From: Planctomycetes bacterium GWF2_41_51
GTDB taxonomy: Bacteria; Planctomycetota; Phycisphaerae; Sedimentisphaerales; UBA12454
Assembly: GCA_001825665.1 (NCBI GenBank)
Contig: MHXZ01000018.1
Location: forward strand, 972 to 64,971
Length of the DNA: 64,000 nucleotides
Direction of reading: 5' to 3'
Below the pieces are notes generated by a model. It ran no database searches. It saw nothing but the letters and a program-made list of their open reading frames with translations, and was not told the origin of the DNA. Of the stretch, positions 38,353 to 48,210 are shown piece after piece (the stretch's first letter is position 1; each line of letters begins with the position of its first letter). Made by a program: the position numbers and the translations under genes.

Positions 38353-39253
38353 CTGTCTGATATTCGATATAAAAAGATTCGCGATATCTGATGGTCCGGA
38401 GATAAGAACAACCATTTTTTTTAAAGGATGCCCATTGAAATGTCCGTGGTGTCACAACCCCGAAGGTATTTCATTCAGACAGGAGTTTTTTTGGAGAAGA
38501 ACAAAATGTTCAGAATGCAATGAATGCATTCGTATCTGCCCGCATGGATATGATCCTAAAGATGTGAAACGATTAAATGAAAAATTTGAAGAATGCTTAA
38601 ATTGTAGAAAATGTGTTGATATCTGTCCTACCGGAGCAATTACTATAATCGGAAAAGAAATCGAATTGGCAGATCTAATTGAGTTGATAAGCAGAGATAT
38701 CGATTATTATGCGGATAGCGGAGGCGTGACGTTTTCAGGAGGAGAACCGCTTGCACATATGTCATATTTGCAGCGTGCATTAGAAGAATGTAAACGCATC
38801 GGAGTCAACACTTGTATTGAAACTTCCGGATTTTGTTCTAAAGAGGATTTATTGTTAATTATAGACTATGTAGATTTTTTTATGTTCGATCTAAAATTAG
38901 CAAATAAAGAAGAAAGTCAAAGAGTCATAGGGGCAAATATTGATAAAATTGTTGAAAATTTAAATATAATCACGAGCGAGAAAAAATGTGTTTTGAGACT
39001 GCCAATGATTAGAGATCTTACGGATACTAAAGAGAATATAGAACTCTTACTTGCTATATTGCGGCAAATTCCGAATAAAAAGAATTTGTCAAGAGTGGAA
39101 TTGCTGCCATATCATAAATTAGGTGAAAGCAAGTATATATGCTTAGGTAAAGAAACATTGAAAGTTTTTGAACCTTCCACAGAATCGAATCTAAATTGTA
39201 TTAAAGAAAAGATATCATCACTTAATTATAATGTCAGTATTGAGAGATTTTAA
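38339..39253 (+). CDS. Glycyl-radical enzyme activating protein (radical SAM)
   Basis: CPLKCPWCHNPE (CxxxCxxC) plus two ferredoxin-type clusters, CSECNECIRICP and CLNCRKCVDICP. Overlaps the GRE stop. Confidence 0.85.
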   Translation: MISSNCLIFDIKRFAISDGPEIRTTIFFKGCPLKCPWCHNPEGISFRQEFFWRRTKCSECNECIRICPHGYDPKDVKRLNEKFEECLNCRKCVDICPTGAITIIGKEIELADLIELISRDIDYYADSGGVTFSGGEPLAHMSYLQRALEECKRIGVNTCIETSGFCSKEDLLLIIDYVDFFMFDLKLANKEESQRVIGANIDKIVENLNIITSEKKCVLRLPMIRDLTDTKENIELLLAILRQIPNKKNLSRVELLPYHKLGESKYICLGKETLKVFEPSTESNLNCIKEKISSLNYNVSIERF

Positions 39254-39255
39254 TA

Positions 39256-40410
39256 GTGAAATATGATTTTATAATAGTTGGAGCTGGATTTGCAGGATGT
39301 GTTCTTGCCGAACGGATAGCCAATGATATGGGCAAGAAAGTGCTTGTCATTGAAAAGCGTAAGCATTGGGGCGGTAACTGCTATGATATGATAGATAGCC
39401 ATGGAATTTTGATTCACAATTATGGCCCCCATATTTTTCATACTATAAAAAAGAATGTATGGAATTATCTAACAGGGTTTACGGAGTGGTATTATTATCA
39501 ACACAAAGTTTTAGGTTATATAGACGGCCAGTATGTGCCAATCCCTTTCAACCTGAATTCGCTGCATCAATCATTTCCTAAGAATACAGCACAAGAATTG
39601 GAAGAAAAACTTGTTAAAAAATTTGGCATGGGTAACAAGATACCAATATTGCAGTTGAAGGATGCAGGTGGGGAACTCAAGTTTTTGGCAGATTATATTT
39701 ACGAGAAAGTTTTTTTAAATTATACGATGAAGCAGTGGGATTGTAAACCAAACGAAATTGATGAATCGGTGACCGGCAGGGTTCCGGTGCATATTTCTAG
39801 AGACGATCGATATTTTCAAGATATATATCAGGGCATGCCGTCAAATGGGTACAGTAATATCTTTGAAAAAATGCTTTCTCACGACAATATACATTTGCTT
39901 CTAAACACTAATGCTTCCGACATCATAGAGATAAGGGATAGAGATGTTTATATGATGGGTGAAAAATTTGGCGGAGTATTTATTTACACCGGTCCAATCG
40001 ACCATTTATTCAAGTATAAATATGGTAAATTACCATATCGTTCCCTAAAGTTAGATTTCGAGTATTTACCACAACAGCAATATCAGCCTGTTGGGACGGT
40101 CAATTATCCTAATGATTATGATTTTACGCGAATTACTGAATTTAAACATTTGACCGGGCAGAAAGTTGAAGGAACAACTATTTTAAAAGAATATTCACAG
40201 CCTTATGATCCCGAAATAAAAGGGAGAGATATTCCTTACTATATAATTAGTAAGCCTGAGAATTTAGAGTTATATAAAAAATATAAAAATGAAGTGGATA
40301 GATTAAATAAGACAATCCTTGTTGGGCGGCTTGCAGAATATAAATATTATAATATGGATGACATTATTGCTCGTTCGCTGGAGATATTTGAGAATGATAT
40401 CGAAAAATGA
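39256..40410 (+). CDS. glf: UDP-galactopyranose mutase
   Basis: YDFIIVGAGFAGCVLAERIA FAD motif and the NYPNDYDFTRITEFKHLTGQ block. GTG start. Confidence 0.85.
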   Translation: MKYDFIIVGAGFAGCVLAERIANDMGKKVLVIEKRKHWGGNCYDMIDSHGILIHNYGPHIFHTIKKNVWNYLTGFTEWYYYQHKVLGYIDGQYVPIPFNLNSLHQSFPKNTAQELEEKLVKKFGMGNKIPILQLKDAGGELKFLADYIYEKVFLNYTMKQWDCKPNEIDESVTGRVPVHISRDDRYFQDIYQGMPSNGYSNIFEKMLSHDNIHLLLNTNASDIIEIRDRDVYMMGEKFGGVFIYTGPIDHLFKYKYGKLPYRSLKLDFEYLPQQQYQPVGTVNYPNDYDFTRITEFKHLTGQKVEGTTILKEYSQPYDPEIKGRDIPYYIISKPENLELYKKYKNEVDRLNKTILVGRLAEYKYYNMDDIIARSLEIFENDIEK

Positions 40411-41365
40411 TACCATAGCAGACAATGTGTGGGCAATAGTTGTGACTTTTAACAGAAAAGAATTGCTCTTGAAATGTCTTCAAGCTATCAGGGAGCAAAC
40501 ATTGGCTGTTGATAAGATATTAATTATGGATAACGCATCTACAGACAGAACTCCTGAAGCATTACTGGAAAACGGAATCATAAATGAATTGCCCCCTTTA
40601 GTTCTAAATGAACCATGGGAAAAAGAATTTATAACAAAACCGAACGGTAACGGTAATGTTGTGAAACTATTTTATATAAGAATGCATAAGAATACTGGTG
40701 GTTCTGGTGGCTTTCATCAAGGGATTAAAATTGCTTATGAAAACGGGGCAAAGCGGATGTGGCTGATGGATGATGATGGTCTGCCTGAAAAAAATTGTCT
40801 TGCAGAATTGATAAAAATATCTTGTAAATGGATCGATTATATTGCACCAAATCTATTTAATGAGAAAGGAGAAAGTCACTTTAAGGGATTATTAGCGACT
40901 ACTAAAAATGATGTAATTAGTTTTAAAGGCGGTCCTTTTAATGGAATCATTATAAGCCGAGATATTGTGAAACAAATTGGTTACCCTATGAAAAATTTCT
41001 TTTTGTGGGGTGATGAATATGAATATACAAATCGAATTTATGAAGCTGGTTTTGTGATGATCACAGTCAAAGATGCAAAGTTTTTTCATAAATCAACTAA
41101 AGTAGATTATAAAACATGTAAACGCGGTTTTTTTATCGGAAGGAACAGTATTTATCGCAGCAGGCTCTTTAAGGGAGTATTTATGCGTAAATCGCTTTTT
41201 AAAATAGATATGTATTACGCCGTCTTTATGGCTTTTTGGCGTTTCTTTTTCTGCGGCAATATTTCACAAAGTATTCAAGTATTCAAAGGATGTCTCCATG
41301 GATTTTTTGATGATTTAACAGAACATCAAAAAGAATGTTGTTGGTGGGGAGTTGAACAATCATAA
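40394..41365 (+). CDS. Glycosyltransferase family 2 (galactofuranosyl/rhamnosyl-transferase-like)
   Basis: WAIVVTFNRKELLLKCLQAI..MDNASTD and WLMDDD motifs. The ATG at 40394 is preferred. Confidence 0.7.
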   Translation: MISKNDTIADNVWAIVVTFNRKELLLKCLQAIREQTLAVDKILIMDNASTDRTPEALLENGIINELPPLVLNEPWEKEFITKPNGNGNVVKLFYIRMHKNTGGSGGFHQGIKIAYENGAKRMWLMDDDGLPEKNCLAELIKISCKWIDYIAPNLFNEKGESHFKGLLATTKNDVISFKGGPFNGIIISRDIVKQIGYPMKNFFLWGDEYEYTNRIYEAGFVMITVKDAKFFHKSTKVDYKTCKRGFFIGRNSIYRSRLFKGVFMRKSLFKIDMYYAVFMAFWRFFFCGNISQSIQVFKGCLHGFFDDLTEHQKECCWWGVEQS

Positions 41366-41381
41366 AAAAGGTTTTTGAATT

Positions 41382-42653
41382 ATGGAAAAAAATGAATTCC
41401 TTTATCTTTCGTATCTCTCTCCTCCTCTTTTGGCCGGCGGAGTAGCCAGAGTAGAGAATAATTGCAAATTACTGCCTGTCTATGGTTGGGAACCGACTTT
41501 GTTGACAGCTTGTGTTGAAAACAGTTCTGAAACCGATACAAATTTTGCACAAAATGGAGTAAATGTTTTAAGACCAAACTGTTTTTTAAAAGAAAATAAA
41601 GTTAGAGCGCTTCCGAAGAAAAAAGGCAATAAAATTTCATTAAAATCTGCTTTTTTAAAAGGACTTGCAAGATGGTTTTTAATGCCTGATCGTCAAGTTC
41701 TATGGAACAGATCAGCTAAAAAATTAGCATTGTCAAAAGCCGAAGAGCATGACTGGAAATGCGTTTTCGCATGTCTTAATCCGATAAGCACAGTTGGTTT
41801 GGGGTATGATCTTGCTAAAAAATTGAACCTGCCATTCGTTATGGAATTTCAGGACATAATATGTAATCACTACGAAGGTGGGCCACCAACATTTTTGCAT
41901 CGTTATTTGCGGACAAGCATAGTTCGCAAAGCTGCAAGTTATGCAAAAGCAGTGATTGTTATGAGCAATTCCATGAAAGACTGGGTTGTAAAGAATATGC
42001 CTGTAAAAGCTGAAAATGTCTATGTAATACCAATAGGCTTTGTCTCAGCCGATCAGGATTATATATTTTCGCAAGCAATTAAACAAAATGATAAATTTAC
42101 GATGGTATATGCGGGAACATTTCAAAGAGACAGAAGACCGGATGTAACTTTTAGAGCGTTGAAGATGCTCTTGAATGATAATAGAATAAGTGCTGATAAA
42201 ATTAAACTGGTCCTTATCAGCAATCTTGATAAAAGTATTGTGTCAGAATTTGGAGTGGAACAAGTAACAGAAGTTTTATCAATGATGCCAAGAAAGGACG
42301 TTTTCAGATGGTATGCAAAAGCTGATCTATTGCTTTTGATCTGTGATAAAATGTCTTATCAGAATTACACTGTTCCAGGCAAGATATTTGAATATCTTAT
42401 GACTGAAAAGCCAATCCTCGGGCTGGCAGATAAGACAAGTGAAATATCACAAATACTCAACAAAGCGGGGACAGGTTACACAGCAGATGCGGATGATATT
42501 GAAGAAGTTGCAGGAAGAATTTATTACTATTACAAGTTATGGGAAAATAATGAACTTAAATCGGAAGCAAATAAAGATTATATCAACACGTTTAGTTGCG
42601 GAAGACTAGTAAAACAATTAGGCGATATACTTGCCGAAGTTACCAAAAAATAA
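41382..42653 (+). CDS. GT-B fold glycosyltransferase (GT4-like)
   Basis: C-terminal half shows the typical GT-B pattern (VPGKIFEYLMTEKPILG). Confidence 0.5.
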   Translation: MEKNEFLYLSYLSPPLLAGGVARVENNCKLLPVYGWEPTLLTACVENSSETDTNFAQNGVNVLRPNCFLKENKVRALPKKKGNKISLKSAFLKGLARWFLMPDRQVLWNRSAKKLALSKAEEHDWKCVFACLNPISTVGLGYDLAKKLNLPFVMEFQDIICNHYEGGPPTFLHRYLRTSIVRKAASYAKAVIVMSNSMKDWVVKNMPVKAENVYVIPIGFVSADQDYIFSQAIKQNDKFTMVYAGTFQRDRRPDVTFRALKMLLNDNRISADKIKLVLISNLDKSIVSEFGVEQVTEVLSMMPRKDVFRWYAKADLLLLICDKMSYQNYTVPGKIFEYLMTEKPILGLADKTSEISQILNKAGTGYTADADDIEEVAGRIYYYYKLWENNELKSEANKDYINTFSCGRLVKQLGDILAEVTKK

Positions 42654-42661
42654 GGATTATT

Positions 42662-43804
42662 ATGATTAAAGTGATGCCAATATTTGGAACTAGACCAGAA
42701 GCTATTAAGCTTGCTCCTGTTATTAGAGAGCTTAATAAAAATAATGATTTTGAAACAGCGGTATGTGTAACTGCCCAGCACAGAGAAATGTTGGACCAGG
42801 TTTTAGATATTTTTAAAATTAAACCAGATTATGACCTAGATATTATGAAACCGGGGCAAAATCTTTCAGAAGTGACTTCAAGAGTAATATCAGGACTTCA
42901 AGAAGTATTCGAGCAATCAAAGCCAGACATAATATTAGTCCAAGGAGATACGACAACGGTATTTGCTGCTTCCTTAGCTGCGTTTTACAATAACATAAAG
43001 GTCGGGCATGTTGAAGCAGGACTTCGCACAAATGATAAGAAAAATCCTTTTCCAGAAGAAATCAATAGACGATTGACAAGTGTTTTGGCGGATATCCACT
43101 TTTGCCCGACAGAAAAAAGTAAACAATCTTTAGAAGTTGAGGGATACAAACACAATATCTATGTTACCGGAAATACGGTTATAGATGCGTTATTTTGGGC
43201 TTTAGAGATTATAGAACAAAATAAAAATGAAGAAATCTTAAAGATAAAAAGCTGGCTAGATAAAAAAATAGGAGATAATGAAATAATTTTAATCACAGCT
43301 CACAGACGCGAAAGTTTTGGAGAACCCTTTGAAAACATATGTAATGCTATGAAAGAAATTGCAATAAAATATAAAAATATACATCTTGTTTACCCAGTGC
43401 ATTTAAATCCGAATGTGAGGAAACCGGTTTATGAGATTTTACAAAGTCAAGAAAATATCCATTTAATCGAACCATTAAGTTATTTGCCTTTTGTCTGGCT
43501 GATGAATAGGTCATATTTAATTTTAACAGATTCGGGGGGGGTTCAAGAAGAAGCGCCTTCTTTGGGAAAACCCGTGTTGGTTATGCGAGAAACAACAGAA
43601 AGGCCTGAAGGAGTTGAGAAAGGTACATCTGTTTTAGTTGGTAGACACAAAGATGTTATTATTAAAACGGTGAGTGATTTTATTGAAAATAAAGAATATT
43701 ATAAAAATACATCGAAAATTTCAAATCCATATGGCGATGGTAAAGCAAGTGAAAAAATCGTTAACAATTTGCATAGCTATTTTAATAAAGTAGTAAATGA
43801 ATAA
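42662..43804 (+). CDS. wecB: UDP-N-acetylglucosamine 2-epimerase (non-hydrolysing)
   Basis: IFGTRPEAIKLAPV, HVEAGLRT and TDSGGVQEEAPSLGKPVLVMR motifs. Confidence 0.85.
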   Translation: MIKVMPIFGTRPEAIKLAPVIRELNKNNDFETAVCVTAQHREMLDQVLDIFKIKPDYDLDIMKPGQNLSEVTSRVISGLQEVFEQSKPDIILVQGDTTTVFAASLAAFYNNIKVGHVEAGLRTNDKKNPFPEEINRRLTSVLADIHFCPTEKSKQSLEVEGYKHNIYVTGNTVIDALFWALEIIEQNKNEEILKIKSWLDKKIGDNEIILITAHRRESFGEPFENICNAMKEIAIKYKNIHLVYPVHLNPNVRKPVYEILQSQENIHLIEPLSYLPFVWLMNRSYLILTDSGGVQEEAPSLGKPVLVMRETTERPEGVEKGTSVLVGRHKDVIIKTVSDFIENKEYYKNTSKISNPYGDGKASEKIVNNLHSYFNKVVNE

Positions 43805-44951
43805 AGATCTAATTGTAATTTCTGCAATCGATATAACTTTTAAAATTCTTTTACTGGCTCAAATCAAAGCGGCTCAAGAAGCCGGGTACAAAGTTCACGG
43901 TATATGCAGTGAAGGACCTAATTTTGACTTTTTAAAAAAAGAGGGAATACAAATGTTTCCTGTAAAAATAAAAAGATCAATCAGCCCCTTTTCCGACATC
44001 AAGGCTTTATGGCAAATATACAGATATTTAAAAAAAGAAAAAATTGAAATTGTTCATACTCATACGCCAAAATGCAGCCTTTTAGGACAGCTTGCTGCGA
44101 AAATGGCTGGAGTTCCTGTTATTATCAATACAGTGCATGGCTTTTATTTTCATGACAATATGAAACCGTTCGCAAAATGGTTTTATGTGATGATGGAAAG
44201 AATTGCTGCCAAGTGTTCTACAATGATTTTAAGCCAGAATCCTGAAGATATTGAAACGGCAATAAAACTAAAAATATGTAAACCTGATAAAATTAAATTT
44301 TTAGGTAATGGAGTAAACTTAGAAAAGTTTAATCCACATAGATTTGGTAATAATTTTAAAATTCAAAAACGACAGGAAATTGGTGTTCCTAAAGATTCAA
44401 TTGTTATTGGGATCATTGGCAGATTAGTAAAAGAAAAAGGATTTCTTGAGCTATTTGAAGCATTTAAAGTAATAGTGAACGAGTATAAAAATGTATGGTT
44501 AATAATAATCGGACCGCAAGAGCCTGAAAAAGTTGACAGAATTTCCATGGATACTGTTAAGCAATACGGTATTGAAAATAGAACCGTCTATTTAGGGGAA
44601 AGAGACGATATTTCTGAAATCTTAGCATGTTGTGATATATACACACTTCCATCATGGCGAGAAGGTTTTCCCCGTTCTGCTATAGAAGCCGCTGCTATGG
44701 GGTTACCAATAGTAACTACCGATATTCGTGGTGGTAGGCAAGTGGTCGAAAATAATAAAAATGGTTTACTTGTTGAATTGAAAAATGCCAATGAACTTAA
44801 AAAGACTCTTATTAAATTGATTAAGAATCAAAACTTAAGAACCCAAATGGGAAAAGCGGGTCTTGAAAAAGCTCAAAAGGAATTTGACGAAAATAAAGTT
44901 TGTGAAATAGTTGTGAACACTTATAAGAATTGTTTAGCTGCAATAAAATGA
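43797..44951 (+). CDS. Glycosyltransferase family 4 (GT-B)
   Basis: GRLVKEKGF and PSWREGFPRSAIEAAAMGLPIVTTD (EX7E) motifs. Confidence 0.8.
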   Translation: MNKDLIVISAIDITFKILLLAQIKAAQEAGYKVHGICSEGPNFDFLKKEGIQMFPVKIKRSISPFSDIKALWQIYRYLKKEKIEIVHTHTPKCSLLGQLAAKMAGVPVIINTVHGFYFHDNMKPFAKWFYVMMERIAAKCSTMILSQNPEDIETAIKLKICKPDKIKFLGNGVNLEKFNPHRFGNNFKIQKRQEIGVPKDSIVIGIIGRLVKEKGFLELFEAFKVIVNEYKNVWLIIIGPQEPEKVDRISMDTVKQYGIENRTVYLGERDDISEILACCDIYTLPSWREGFPRSAIEAAAMGLPIVTTDIRGGRQVVENNKNGLLVELKNANELKKTLIKLIKNQNLRTQMGKAGLEKAQKEFDENKVCEIVVNTYKNCLAAIK

Positions 44952-45559
44952 TAAGTAATTTAACAAAAAGTTATGCTCCACAAGCGGCTGTTTTACATAT
45001 CCAAGGAATTTCCACAGGATTTATAAGTTCTTTAGGGAAGAGATTTGTAACGACATTGTACGAAGCTATTGCGGAGGATAAAAATAGTTTTGGATTTGTT
45101 GCTGTTGAAGATGATAAAGTATTAGGCTTTGTTGCTTTTTCGACCAATTTGTCAAAATTATACAAATATGTAATATTAAAAAAAGGTTTTAAGTTTGTTT
45201 TTGTACTTGCTAAAAAAATGCTATCTTTACAGGTAATCAATAAAATATTGCATAATATTTTTTATCCTTCAAAAATGGCGAAGATGGATTTGCCGGATGC
45301 CGAACTCCTTTCAATAGTAGTTGCAACTGAAGGACGTGGAAAAGGAATAGCGAAACAGCTTGTTGATGCAGGTTTTGAAGAATGTAGAAAACGCGGCATT
45401 GATAAAGTTAAAGTATTGGTAGCAGCTGATAATGAAATTGCAAACAAGTTATACCAGAAATGTGGATTTGAAAAATTTAAACAAATTGATAGTCACGGTA
45501 TTTTAAGCAATATTTATGTCATGGATTTGATAAAAGGCGATCACAATGGGAAAAAATAA
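44948..45559 (+). CDS. GNAT-family N-acetyltransferase
   Basis: VATEGRGKGIAKQL acetyl-CoA motif. ATGA overlap with the upstream GT. Confidence 0.7.
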   Translation: MISNLTKSYAPQAAVLHIQGISTGFISSLGKRFVTTLYEAIAEDKNSFGFVAVEDDKVLGFVAFSTNLSKLYKYVILKKGFKFVFVLAKKMLSLQVINKILHNIFYPSKMAKMDLPDAELLSIVVATEGRGKGIAKQLVDAGFEECRKRGIDKVKVLVAADNEIANKLYQKCGFEKFKQIDSHGILSNIYVMDLIKGDHNGKK

Positions 45560-46568
45560 GAAGGTTGGTATTGCTGTAATAATTGTGATTATTTTCATAA
45601 TCTTAATATTTAATGCCAACTCCAAAAGTAATCTTATCCGTCAGATGCAAGGTCCTATCGAAGGAACTGAAAGTGTTTTGACCAGCGGCAATAACCTTAT
45701 TGTTATTTCAAAAAATAATCATACTTTTACCTGGCAATGGGATAATCTCAGAAAATGGCCGATGGTCGCAAAGCCTAATGCTGCTTTTATAACGCCTGTA
45801 TTTGATAATAAAATTGTTTATAATCTTTCTAATTCAGGAAAGCTAATATTAACCGACCTCAAAGCAGAAAAAGAAATTTCAAGTTTATCGCTGCCTTATG
45901 GCTCAGAACCTAAACGGGTTAAAACTTCTTCAAACCATAATTTTGGCATAGTTTCTTTTATTGAAAATGATGTTTTAAAATTAGCTCTGTTTGATTCAGC
46001 TTTAAAAGATTTATCTATTGTCTTCCAAAAAGATACAAATGAAGAAAAATTCACATTGAATGATTTTGATATTACCGACGGCGCTGATTTGATTGCCGGC
46101 ACAGGCAAAAAAGATAAGGCATGGATTTTTGTAAAAGATATTAAAAATGACAAAATAGTATTTGAAAAAACTTTTGATGAGTATAATCAATTTACAATTG
46201 TAGAGTTTTCGCCGGATGGTAAAACCATTTATGTGGCTGAAAAAGTAAGATTCATTCTTGCTTTGGACTCACAAACCGGAGCAGTTGTGCGTATTTATGA
46301 AATGCCTGAATATCAAACTCCTGCTCATCAAAAGCAAAATATCTCATGTCTCGCAATAAGCCCGGATAACAAAGTTTTAGCCGTAGATACAGAGCCAGCC
46401 TGTACAATTTGGTTTTGGGACATCGCCTCTGGTAAAAAAATTGATGAAATACATGCCAGCGACCTAACCGTTTCAGATATCGCTTTCTCACCAGATTCAA
46501 AATATCTTGCAACAGGCTGTTTGGTCAGTCCCGAAATCAAAATCTGGAAAGTTCCTCAGTTGAAATAA
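45546..46568 (+). CDS. Membrane-anchored WD40/beta-propeller repeat protein
   Basis: N-terminal TM helix and repeated xxSPDGKxLAxx blades ([33 protein letters not shown]). Confidence 0.6.
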   Translation: MGKNKKVGIAVIIVIIFIILIFNANSKSNLIRQMQGPIEGTESVLTSGNNLIVISKNNHTFTWQWDNLRKWPMVAKPNAAFITPVFDNKIVYNLSNSGKLILTDLKAEKEISSLSLPYGSEPKRVKTSSNHNFGIVSFIENDVLKLALFDSALKDLSIVFQKDTNEEKFTLNDFDITDGADLIAGTGKKDKAWIFVKDIKNDKIVFEKTFDEYNQFTIVEFSPDGKTIYVAEKVRFILALDSQTGAVVRIYEMPEYQTPAHQKQNISCLAISPDNKVLAVDTEPACTIWFWDIASGKKIDEIHASDLTVSDIAFSPDSKYLATGCLVSPEIKIWKVPQLK

Positions 46569-46576
46569 CAAATCAA

Positions 46577-48205
46577 ATGCCTCAAAAAACAGCAATAATC
46601 ATTGGTGCAGGACCAGCAGGTCTAACTGCCGCTTTCGAGCTGCTCGATAAGACAGATATTAAGCCGATAATATTTGAACAAACCGGCGATATTGGCGGAA
46701 TCTCAAAAACCGTCAACTATAAAGGCAATCGCATCGATATTGGCGGTCATCGGTTCTTCTCTAAATCAGACAAGGTGATGAATTTCTGGCTCAATTTAAT
46801 GCCGATTCAAACATCACCAGCTAAAGACGATATTCTTCTTGACAGAAATTTGCCTCAAGTTGAATATAATAAAACGCTCGAAGCCGACCCCCAAAAAGAT
46901 GATAAAGTTATGCTTATTCGTGAAAGGCTTTCGCGAATTTTATTCTTGAGGAAGTTTTTTGATTATCCGATATCTCTTACTCTCGATACCGTTTTTAATT
47001 TAGGTGTTTTCAGAACAATAAAAATCACTCTGAGTTATTTAAAGGCCCGAGCGTTTCGAATTAAGCATGAAAAATCGCTGGAGGATTTTCTAATTAATCG
47101 TTTCGGCAGGGAATTGTACAAAACATTTTTCAAGGATTACACCGAAAAAGTCTGGGGAATAACCTGCGACAAGATTAATCCGCAATGGGGTGCGCAAAGG
47201 ATCAAAGGCCTTTCAATCACACGAGCTATAATACATGCAATAAAAGCGATTATTTATAGGGATAAATCTATAGGTCAAAAAGAAGTTGAAACAAGCCTTA
47301 TAAGTCAATTCTTATACCCTAAATTCGGCCCCGGTCAGTTGTGGGAAATTCTCGCTGATATTATTAAGTCAAAAGGCGGACAGATATTTCTGAATAACAA
47401 AGTCGTTGGACTGGAACAACAAAGTAATAAAATTGCATCAGTAACAGTCTGTGATGAAAAAACAAAAGAATTGAAAAAATATCCGGCCGACTTCGTTTTT
47501 TCAACAATGCCTGTAAAAGAATTAATTGAATCTATCGGACAGAATGTTCCTCAGGATGTAAAAGAAATTGCGGCAGGTTTATGTTACCGTGATTTTGTAA
47601 CAGTAGGGCTTTTAGTTAAAAAACTCAAAATTAAAAATAATACCAATATAAAAACATTGAATAATATTGTGCCTGATAATTGGATTTACATTCAGGAAAA
47701 AGATGTAAAAATCGGTAGACTTCAGATTTTCAATAACTGGAGTCCGTATATGGTCGCTGATGAAAATAATGTCTGGCTCGGTCTCGAATATTTTTGTAAT
47801 GAAGGTGATGAACTCTGGAATATGTCCGATGAGCAATTTGGAAGATTTGCAATTTCTGAGCTTGAAAAAATCGGAATTATTGATTCTGCTGATGTTCTCG
47901 ATAATGTGGTTATAAGAGTTCCAAAGACCTATCCCGCGTATTTTGGCAGTTATGACAGATTTGATGTTGTAAGGAATTATACAGATAAAATAAGCAATCT
48001 TTTCTTAGTCGGCAGAAACGGAATGCACCGCTATAATAATCAGGACCATTCGATGCTTACCGCAATGACCGCCGTCGAAAATATTGTCAAAGGCGTGGAA
48101 AGCAAAGATAATATCTGGCAGGTCAATGCTGAAGAAGATTACCATGAAACAAAGATGACCTCGGTTGAAAATCTTACGGATGCTTATACAGCCGAAAGAA
48201 AATAA
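46577..48205 (+). CDS. FAD/NAD(P)-dependent oxidoreductase (amine-oxidase/desaturase-like)
   Basis: [16 protein letters not shown] dinucleotide motif. Confidence 0.65.
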   Translation: MPQKTAIIIGAGPAGLTAAFELLDKTDIKPIIFEQTGDIGGISKTVNYKGNRIDIGGHRFFSKSDKVMNFWLNLMPIQTSPAKDDILLDRNLPQVEYNKTLEADPQKDDKVMLIRERLSRILFLRKFFDYPISLTLDTVFNLGVFRTIKITLSYLKARAFRIKHEKSLEDFLINRFGRELYKTFFKDYTEKVWGITCDKINPQWGAQRIKGLSITRAIIHAIKAIIYRDKSIGQKEVETSLISQFLYPKFGPGQLWEILADIIKSKGGQIFLNNKVVGLEQQSNKIASVTVCDEKTKELKKYPADFVFSTMPVKELIESIGQNVPQDVKEIAAGLCYRDFVTVGLLVKKLKIKNNTNIKTLNNIVPDNWIYIQEKDVKIGRLQIFNNWSPYMVADENNVWLGLEYFCNEGDELWNMSDEQFGRFAISELEKIGIIDSADVLDNVVIRVPKTYPAYFGSYDRFDVVRNYTDKISNLFLVGRNGMHRYNNQDHSMLTAMTAVENIVKGVESKDNIWQVNAEEDYHETKMTSVENLTDAYTAERK

Positions 48206-48210
48206 TTTTC

